From an uncultured Erysipelotrichaceae bacterium (GTDB taxonomy: Bacteria; Bacillota_I; Bacilli_A; Erysipelotrichales; Erysipelotrichaceae), in NCBI GenBank assembly GCA_964457525.1, contig CAYWGS010000018.1, forward strand, positions 1 to 22,102: DNA of 22,102 bases. Reading direction: 5' to 3'. The notes under the pieces were generated by a model. The model saw nothing but the letters and a program-made list of their open reading frames with translations. It had not been told where the DNA came from and did no database searches. A program made the position numbers and the translations under genes. Every line of letters starts with the position of its first letter. Positions within the stretch are counted from its first letter, which is position 1. Of this stretch, positions 16,776 to 22,102 are shown piece after piece.

Positions 16776-17504
16776 ACGAGTTATAAATCTTGATAAGAAT
16801 TCTTTAGTTCTTTCTTCTTTTGGTGCATTGAAGAGTTGTTCAGGACTACCTTCTTCTAAAATTATACCTTTATCCATGAAGAGAACACGATCAGAGACTT
16901 CTTTAGCAAATGACATTTCATGTGTAACAATAATCATAGTTCGATGTTCTAAAGCGAGTGATTTAATAACATTGAGAACTTCACCGACCATTTCAGGATC
17001 AAGTGCTGATGTCGGTTCATCAAACAAGAGTACTTTAGGCTCCATGCATAATGTACGTGCAATTGCGACACGTTGTTTTTGTCCACCTGATAAAGTCATT
17101 ACCGAAGCTTTAGCAAACTGAGCTAATCCAACTGTTTCTAAAGTTTCTAATGCGAGTTTTTCGGATTCCTGACGAGACTTTTTAAGCACTTTCATTTGTC
17201 CAATCACACAGTTTTCTAACACAGTTAAATGAGAAAATAAATTGAAGGATTGGAAGATCATTCCTACTTGTGCACGATAACTATTAATACCTTTAATGCT
17301 CGATAAAATATTATTGCCTTCAAATAAGATATTACCAGATTGATAGGATTCTAATAGGTTAATACATCTTAACAATGTACTTTTACCACTACCACTAGAA
17401 CCAATAATACTAATAACTTCACCCTTATTAACAGATAAGCTAACATCTCTTAGTACTTCATTTTGGCCAAAGCGTTTAACTAAGTGTTCAATTTCAATAA
17501 TCAT
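16773..17504 (-). CDS. Polar amino-acid ABC transporter, ATP-binding protein (GlnQ/HisP-like)
   Basis: Walker [13 protein letters not shown] signature [13 protein letters not shown], Walker [13 protein letters not shown]-loop VTHEM. 243 aa. The start overlaps the permease stop by 4 nt. Confidence 0.93.
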   Translation of the reverse strand: MIIEIEHLVKRFGQNEVLRDVSLSVNKGEVISIIGSSGSGKSTLLRCINLLESYQSGNILFEGNNILSSIKGINSYRAQVGMIFQSFNLFSHLTVLENCVIGQMKVLKKSRQESEKLALETLETVGLAQFAKASVMTLSGGQKQRVAIARTLCMEPKVLLFDEPTSALDPEMVGEVLNVIKSLALEHRTMIIVTHEMSFAKEVSDRVLFMDKGIILEEGSPEQLFNAPKEERTKEFLSRFITR

Positions 17505-18295
17505 AACGCTTTCTCCTTTTCAATGTAGTGAGCTTTAATGAGTGGTGTTGTTTGACTATGAGGACCATCAAATCCACTCATATTCATTTTATGTTCGATG
17601 AATTTAAGAATTAAAGTTGTTGAGTATGTAAGAACTAGATAAATTATCGCAGTAACGAAGAATGTATCACTAAAGCGATAGATAATTCCAGCCACAGTAG
17701 TAGATTGGAAGAATAGTTCAGTAACACCAATTACATTTAAGACCGATGTATCCTTTATATTAACAACGAATTCATTTCCAATAGCAGGGAATGCGTTTCG
17801 AATCGCTTGAGGTAAGATAATAAATAACATCGTTTGAAAATTATTCATACCAATAGAACGCGCTGCTTCATTTTGGCCTTTATCTAAGGATTGAATACCA
17901 GCACGTATAATTTCAGCCATGTAAGCACCTGTATTAACAGAAACAATCACAATACCAGCTAGTAATTTTGCGTCTTTAAATAAGAACAAGAATACATTGT
18001 AAATGAATACAGCTTGAACCATCATAGGGGTTCCACGGAAAACTTCTACATAGATTGAAGTAATAAAACGAATGAGTTTAACTACGATGTGTTTTAATCT
18101 TGAATCATAATCATAAACAGGAAGAGCACGCAGTATACCAATACCTAATCCAATAATAAGTCCAATGATTGTTCCACTTAAGGCAATGATTAATGTATTC
18201 TTTGCGCCAAAGTAGAAAAGGGGAGCATATTTAGAAAATATGTAAGCTGAAGCTCCCCATAAATCAGTTGGAATTTTACTTAAGATGGTAATCAT
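17501..18295 (-). CDS. Polar amino-acid ABC transporter permease (HisMQ family)
   Basis: EAA-loop region [44 protein letters not shown] and multiple hydrophobic segments. 4-nt overlaps with both neighbours. Confidence 0.9.
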   Translation of the reverse strand: MITILSKIPTDLWGASAYIFSKYAPLFYFGAKNTLIIALSGTIIGLIIGLGIGILRALPVYDYDSRLKHIVVKLIRFITSIYVEVFRGTPMMVQAVFIYNVFLFLFKDAKLLAGIVIVSVNTGAYMAEIIRAGIQSLDKGQNEAARSIGMNNFQTMLFIILPQAIRNAFPAIGNEFVVNIKDTSVLNVIGVTELFFQSTTVAGIIYRFSDTFFVTAIIYLVLTYSTTLILKFIEHKMNMSGFDGPHSQTTPLIKAHYIEKEKAL

Positions 18296-19113
18296 TCACC
18301 CTCTGGCTGACGTTCGATAGCGTCCTTCATCCATTGTGAGCGTGTTTCTTCACTTAAACTACCTAATACAGTATTGATTGTATTTAATAACTCGGTATCA
18401 TCTTTGCGAACTGCTACAGATACTGTCGTATCTTCAAAACTAGTTTCAAAGCCATTACCAGCTTCAAACGCAACAATCTTTAAACTTGGATTAGTGCCTA
18501 CGATACTTAATGCGACAGGATATTCAGATACCATAGCATCAGCTTCACCATTTAATACAGCATTTGTAAGTAATGCAAATGAACCAAGAGGAGTCATATG
18601 ATTTACAGATTGAATTTGATCAACAACAGTATCATGGAATGTCCCTTTTTGAGCAACAACTGTTGCGCCTGTGAAATCTTGTAGATTAAGTGCATTAGCG
18701 AAAGACGAATCATTCTTAACAATTAAGACTAAATCAGATTGATAGTAAGGTGCTGAGAAACTAACAGACTCACGACGTTCTGCAGTATCTGTCATACCCG
18801 CAACGATCATATCAATTTCACCATTGTTTAAGCTGTCAATCAATCCTTCCCAAGCAATTTTCTTTACTAATAAATCTTGACCAAGTTCATCCGCAATTGC
18901 TTTCGCGATTTGTACATCGTAGCCATCGCAGTAACCAGTTCCTTGTTCGTTATTAATTAAGAATGCTGTTTCGCTTTCTTCTACTTGTGTCCAATTAAAT
19001 GGAGCATATGCACATTCCATCCCAACAACCAATTGATTCTCCTCTACAGGTGCTGATGAACAAGCACTTAAAAATAAACTTAATAATGTCATTAGACTAA
19101 TTAACTTTCTCAT
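18292..19113 (-). CDS. Amino-acid ABC transporter substrate-binding lipoprotein (family 3 SBP), probably lysine-related
   Basis: Signal peptide with lipobox MRKLISLMTLLSLFLSAC. GYDVQIAKAIADELG...WEGLIDSLNNGEIDMIVAGMTDTAERRESVSFSAPYY is typical of polar amino-acid SBPs. SD AAAGGAG lies 7 nt upstream. It is preceded by the L-box. Confidence 0.88.
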   Translation of the reverse strand: MRKLISLMTLLSLFLSACSSAPVEENQLVVGMECAYAPFNWTQVEESETAFLINNEQGTGYCDGYDVQIAKAIADELGQDLLVKKIAWEGLIDSLNNGEIDMIVAGMTDTAERRESVSFSAPYYQSDLVLIVKNDSSFANALNLQDFTGATVVAQKGTFHDTVVDQIQSVNHMTPLGSFALLTNAVLNGEADAMVSEYPVALSIVGTNPSLKIVAFEAGNGFETSFEDTTVSVAVRKDDTELLNTINTVLGSLSEETRSQWMKDAIERQPEGE

Positions 19114-19132
19114 TTTCTTTCTCCTTTGCAGT

Positions 19133-19165
19133 TAATAAATAAAAGTCACGCCTATAACGTGACCT
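19133..19165 (-). terminator. Expression-platform terminator of the lysine riboswitch
   Basis: The minus strand reads aGGTCACGttataGGCGTGACTTTTATTTATT. The stem is GTCACG/CGTGAC (19158-19163 pairs with 19145-19150), extendable by G-U and A-U pairs, followed by a U-tract. Confidence 0.65.
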
Positions 19166-19182
19166 ATGTAAATTCAGGTTTT

Positions 19183-19343
19183 GTTATAGCGCCCTACAGG
19201 TTATGTAGGAGTGTTATGAATCTTATCCATAACCCCACATGATCAATTGCCATTGGTCACGTTCGGCGACGGTTACCTTTCTCATGGATCATTGCTTGCC
19301 AGCTCACCATGGTACTCTTTTGCGTCGCTACCTCTATATCTTT
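19183..19343 (-). promoter_or_regulatory. Lysine riboswitch (L-box) aptamer
   Basis: The minus strand reads GATATAGAGGTAGCGACGCAAAAGAGTACC...GAGAAAGGTAACCGTCGCCGAACGTGACC...TGTGGGGTTATG...CATAACACTCCTACATAACCTGTAGGGCGCTATAAC. The conserved blocks AGAGGnnGCGA, AAGAGTA, GAAAGG and CGTCGCCGAA match the B. subtilis lysC leader as I recall it. GCGACG/CGTCGC forms P2, TATAG/CTATA closes P1, and CCTACA/TGTAGG forms P5. Confidence 0.85.
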
Positions 19344-19354
19344 TATTCCTTATG

Positions 19355-19383
19355 AGTATAAGCACAATCTATTCTTTTGTCAA
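19355..19383 (-). promoter_or_regulatory. Sigma-A promoter of the L-box / ABC transporter operon
   Basis: Minus strand: TTGACA (19383-19378), 17-nt spacer, TATACT (19360-19355). The -35 lies in the last codons of the upstream PP-loop ATPase gene. Confidence 0.65.
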
Positions 19384-20100
19384 CACTTTTGTCCAAAGTT
19401 TCGTTTGTTCAGAATTATGAAGCATTTTTATAAAATTATCATGTGCAGTTGGATATTCTAAATAAATCTTATTTAATAACTCTTTCATCTCTTGCCTACG
19501 TGTAAATCCATCGTTTGGACAACCTGATTTAACAATAGGTAATTCAAGTTCTTCAGCATTCGCAATTATCTCTGATTCTTTTAAGTATATAAAAGGGCGT
19601 ATAAAGTTAATTTTTGATTCACTCATATACATCTCTGGATCAAAAGTGGCAAGTTTACCTCCATAAATCGCATTTAGGAATAGAGTTTCTATTGCATCAT
19701 CCGCATGATGAGCAAATGCGACTTTATTACATCCCAGTTCTAAAGCTTTTTGAATTACAATACCTTTCTTAAATTTAGAACATAATGAACACTGAATTTT
19801 GTCATCTTTCTTATTTAATTCTAATATTTCAGATACTTGTGTATCATAAACGATATTCTCAATATTAATGGAATCAAAATAATCTTTTACAATTTGATAA
19901 TCATCACCTTTAAATCCTAAATTAAGATGAATTCCGATTACTTTGAAATTCTTACGTGATTTTATTCGATAGTGTTCAAGTGCATACAATAGTAATGTAG
20001 AGTCTTTACCACCACTTATACCGACCGCTATCTTATCTCCATCACTAATCATTTGATAATCTTTATCTGCTAAACCAATCTTTTTAATTAAATTTTTCAT
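19369..20100 (-). CDS. ttcA: TtcA-family PP-loop ATPase (tRNA 2-thiocytidine synthetase-like)
   Basis: PP-loop SGGKDS (VGISGGKDSTLL), CSLCSK (CxxC) and a downstream GCP cysteine, as in Fe-S dependent TtcA-type thiolases. 243 aa. Confidence 0.7.
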   Translation of the reverse strand: MKNLIKKIGLADKDYQMISDGDKIAVGISGGKDSTLLLYALEHYRIKSRKNFKVIGIHLNLGFKGDDYQIVKDYFDSINIENIVYDTQVSEILELNKKDDKIQCSLCSKFKKGIVIQKALELGCNKVAFAHHADDAIETLFLNAIYGGKLATFDPEMYMSESKINFIRPFIYLKESEIIANAEELELPIVKSGCPNDGFTRRQEMKELLNKIYLEYPTAHDNFIKMLHNSEQTKLWTKVLTKE

Positions 20101-20135
20101 CTTGATATCTTTCTGCTAATTATCCCAAACTATTG

Positions 20136-20141
20136 TATAAT
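20136..20141 (+). promoter_or_regulatory. Candidate -10 box (TATAAT) for truB-ribF
   Basis: TGTATAAT at 20134-20141 in the 62-bp divergent region. No convincing -35. Confidence 0.3.
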
Positions 20142-20162
20142 AGGAAGGTAAAACTCACAACA

Positions 20163-21002
20163 ATGAACAAACTACTATTAATTAACAAACCTCAAAATAT
20201 GACATCATTTGATGTCGTAGCAATCGTAAGAAAAACACTTAATATTAAGAAAATAGGGCATACAGGTACATTAGATCCGAATGCTGAAGGCTTAATGGTC
20301 ATATTAATCGATAAAGCAACTAAAGCTTTACCGTTTTTACATTTGAATCGTAAAGAATATGTTGCTTCATTAAAACTTGGTATTAAAACAAATACAGGTG
20401 ATATTTGGGGTGATGTAATAGAAGAAGCTGAAATCCCTAGTTTAAACAATGATACTATCATAAATGTATTAAATTCATTCATAGGGAAGTCGATGCAAAC
20501 TCCTCCAAAAGTATCTGCTATTTCTGTTAAAGGTAAACGTTTATATGAGTATGCTCGAAATAATGAGGAAGTCATCATTCCTGAAAGAGAAATTGAAATA
20601 TTCGAGATTGAGTGTTTAAGAATTGATTCAGAAATTCATTTTAGAGTACAATGTTCAAGTGGAACATATATCAGAAGTTTATGTGAAGATATAGCCTCAA
20701 AGCTTGGAACAGTCGGAACAATGTCAAAATTAACTCGAACTAAGATAGAAATGTTTTCCATCGAAAATGCTTATACAATTGAGCAGATAAGAAATCATGA
20801 ATTTGAATTTGAGTCAGTTGATCAAGCACTTGTTTATCCTAAGTATGAAGTTGAGAATATTGATGATGTTAAAAATGGTAAGAAAATTCGAATAGATTCT
20901 GATGAAGAAATGATATTATTAACGCACAAGAATGAAGTTCTTGCGATATATGAGAAAGATGAAGAACAACATACCTATCGTTGTCTAAGAGGTTTATGGT
21001 AG
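20163..21002 (+). CDS. truB: tRNA pseudouridine(55) synthase TruB
   Basis: MNKLLLINKPQNMTSFDVV...IGHTGTLDPNAEGLMVI contains the catalytic Asp motif HTGTLDP. Start moved to the ATG at 20163, which aligns with the B. subtilis TruB N-terminus; the TTG at 20133 overlaps the -10 box. Confidence 0.92.
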   Translation: MNKLLLINKPQNMTSFDVVAIVRKTLNIKKIGHTGTLDPNAEGLMVILIDKATKALPFLHLNRKEYVASLKLGIKTNTGDIWGDVIEEAEIPSLNNDTIINVLNSFIGKSMQTPPKVSAISVKGKRLYEYARNNEEVIIPEREIEIFEIECLRIDSEIHFRVQCSSGTYIRSLCEDIASKLGTVGTMSKLTRTKIEMFSIENAYTIEQIRNHEFEFESVDQALVYPKYEVENIDDVKNGKKIRIDSDEEMILLTHKNEVLAIYEKDEEQHTYRCLRGLW

Positions 21003-21932
21003 ATGATTGAATTAAAACTAACACATGAAGATTTAAATTGGACAGAAGGATTAGCTGCTTGCATCGGCTATTTTGATGGATTTCATTTAGGTCATCAAAG
21101 CTTATTTAATAAGACATTGAATATTGCAAAGTCTAAATCGTTAAAATCCGCTATTATTTCTTTTGACCCCGATCCTTGGGTTGTTTTACATGGTGTACCA
21201 AACGCTAACCACTTAACGACACTTCAAGATCGTAAGTATTTAGCGAAAAAATTGGGTTTTGATGTATGGATCAGTATTGATTTTGATAAAAAAATGGCAA
21301 GTTTGGATCCAAATGATTTTATCAATAAACTGAAATCAATTCATATTTATGAACTTGTATGTGGTTTTGATTTTAAATTTGGTTCAAAAGGTTCTGGTAA
21401 TATTGAAACATTATTGAGTTATCAAGATGATTCTTTTAAAGTTCATGTGATTTCTGAGTATAAAGTAGACAATGATAAGGTTAGTAGTACCCGAATTAAA
21501 ATAGCGCTTAAAAATGGCAATATGGACTTAGTAAAACAATTGCTTGGTCGCTATTATCAATTAAATGGAAAAGTTGTTGGTGGTAAGAGAATCGGCCGTC
21601 AAATTGGTTATCCTACTGCGAATTTAGAAGTGAATCCTGAGTATGTTCTTCCAAAAATGGGTGTTTATGCTGGTTATGTGATGATTGATGAATTAAGATA
21701 TCAATCGATGATTAGTATTGGTTTAAATCCTACTGTTAAAGATGATCGAATCGTATCAATTGAAGCGCATATATTCGATTTTGACAAAGATATCTATGAA
21801 AGAGAAGTAAGTTTTGTATATGTACAGTATTTAAGACCTGAGTTGAAATTTAATTCGTTAAATGGATTAATTGCTCAATTAAAAGATGATGAAATTGAAT
21901 GTCGTAGAATTTTAAAAGATATTAATGTTTAA
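21003..21932 (+). CDS. ribF: Bifunctional riboflavin kinase / FMN adenylyltransferase
   Basis: N-terminal FAD synthetase motif IGYFDGFHLGHQSL and C-terminal riboflavin kinase domain (GRQIGYPTANL...EAHIFDF). The start abuts the truB stop. Confidence 0.93.
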   Translation: MIELKLTHEDLNWTEGLAACIGYFDGFHLGHQSLFNKTLNIAKSKSLKSAIISFDPDPWVVLHGVPNANHLTTLQDRKYLAKKLGFDVWISIDFDKKMASLDPNDFINKLKSIHIYELVCGFDFKFGSKGSGNIETLLSYQDDSFKVHVISEYKVDNDKVSSTRIKIALKNGNMDLVKQLLGRYYQLNGKVVGGKRIGRQIGYPTANLEVNPEYVLPKMGVYAGYVMIDELRYQSMISIGLNPTVKDDRIVSIEAHIFDFDKDIYEREVSFVYVQYLRPELKFNSLNGLIAQLKDDEIECRRILKDINV

Positions 21933-21959
21933 TGAAAATATGTAAAATATTGAAAATAT
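21933..21959 (+). repeat. Three tandem 9-bp A-tract repeats upstream of the T-box promoter
   Basis: TGAAAATAT (21933-21941), GTAAAATAT (21942-21950), TGAAAATAT (21951-21959), then a degenerate CTGTAAAAAG. These lie directly 5' of the -35 element. Confidence 0.8.
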
Positions 21960-21972
21960 CTGTAAAAAGTAC

Positions 21973-22000
21973 TTGCATTCAGAAATTCTTTATGTATAAT
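21973..22000 (+). promoter_or_regulatory. Sigma-A promoter of the T-box-controlled downstream gene
   Basis: TTGCAT (21973-21978), 16-nt spacer, TATAAT (21995-22000). Confidence 0.6.
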
Positions 22001-22006
22001 GTGTTA

Positions 22007-22102
22007 ATAAGCGATGAACAAAAGTAGTAATCGGTCAACTTATAGAGAGCGACTTGTGATTGGTGTGAGGCAAGATGTAAGTTCGATGAACGTGTTTGGG
22101 AG
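22007..22102 (+). promoter_or_regulatory. T-box leader, Stem I only (truncated by the window end); candidate specifier CGU (Arg)
   Basis: Ordered T-box Stem I elements: GCGATGA (GA/K-turn, 22011-22017), AGTAGTA (22023-22029), AGAGAG (AG bulge, 22044-22049), TGGTGTGAG (distal loop, 22061-22069). The helices CAAA/TTTG (22019-22022 with 22095-22098) and ATCG/CGAT (22030-22033 with 22084-22087) bracket the 3' specifier-loop strand GAA-CGT-G (22088-22094). Confidence 0.75.

Noticed and set aside
16828-17121. 97-aa plus-strand ORF inside the ABC ATPase gene, and the similar 18374-18601 ORF inside the SBP gene
   Set aside because: Both are antisense to CDSs with unambiguous Walker/ABC or SBP motifs and have no independent support.
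19114-19368. GC-richer 255-bp intergenic region considered as a possible tRNA, small RNA gene or T-box
   Set aside because: The minus-strand sequence matches the L-box (lysine riboswitch) core blocks and ends in a terminator directly upstream of the SBP gene. There is no cloverleaf, and no T-box AGAGA/GGUGNRA order on either strand.
902-20162. Longer N-terminal extensions suggested by the ORF track (starts at 902, 2532, 10972, 13148, 13347, 20133)
   Set aside because: These use TTG/GTG or early ATG codons inside the preceding gene or in promoter/terminator sequence and lack an SD. Downstream ATGs (917, 2571, 10987, 13154, 13407, 20163) align with homologue N-termini, and several of them (917, 10987, 13154) have SDs.
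15898-20162. The minus-strand block as a mobile element or genomic island
   Set aside because: No integrase, transposase or recombinase, no tRNA attachment site, no terminal inverted or direct repeats visible by eye, and no obvious compositional shift. Reported only as a synteny break.
20192-20578. 128-aa ORF antisense to truB
   Set aside because: It is fully contained in truB, has no recognisable motif and no initiation signals. Typical AT-rich shadow ORF.
1-22102. CRISPR arrays, rRNA/tRNA genes, toxin-antitoxin pairs, defence-system genes
   Set aside because: No spaced direct-repeat array was found. There is no intergenic space large enough for rRNA or tRNA apart from the riboswitch region. 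All substantial ORFs are accounted for by housekeeping or transport functions.

Overview
Low-GC (about one third G+C), tightly packed, standard-code (UGA is a stop) Firmicutes/Mollicutes-like chromosome segment. It is dominated by core information-processing genes. Plus strand: a 5'-truncated DivIB/FtsQ-like gene, yloU (Asp23 family), fakA/yloV (DAK2), recG, rnc, an orphan GltD/NfnB-like Fe-S flavoprotein, polC, rimP, nusA, ylxR, ylxQ, infB and rbfA. A 4.2-kb minus-strand block follows: a TtcA-like PP-loop ATPase, then a lysine (L-box) riboswitch controlling a three-gene polar amino-acid ABC transporter, then a small radical SAM enzyme with a twitch/SPASM-like Cys cluster. The plus strand resumes with truB and ribF, and ends in the 5' part of a T-box leader that runs off the window. 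I found no rRNA, tRNA, CRISPR array, transposase, integrase or phage gene. I see no convincing multi-gene novel system. The features most worth a second look are the opposite-strand block that splits the usually contiguous rbfA-truB junction, the orphan radical SAM gene (insulated by a terminator, no SD, possibly leaderless), the orphan GltD-like gene translationally coupled to polC, the roughly 210-aa charged tail on NusA, and the alternative pairings in the rimP leader and the L-box expression platform. All product calls come from motif and architecture recognition by eye. No database search was run.
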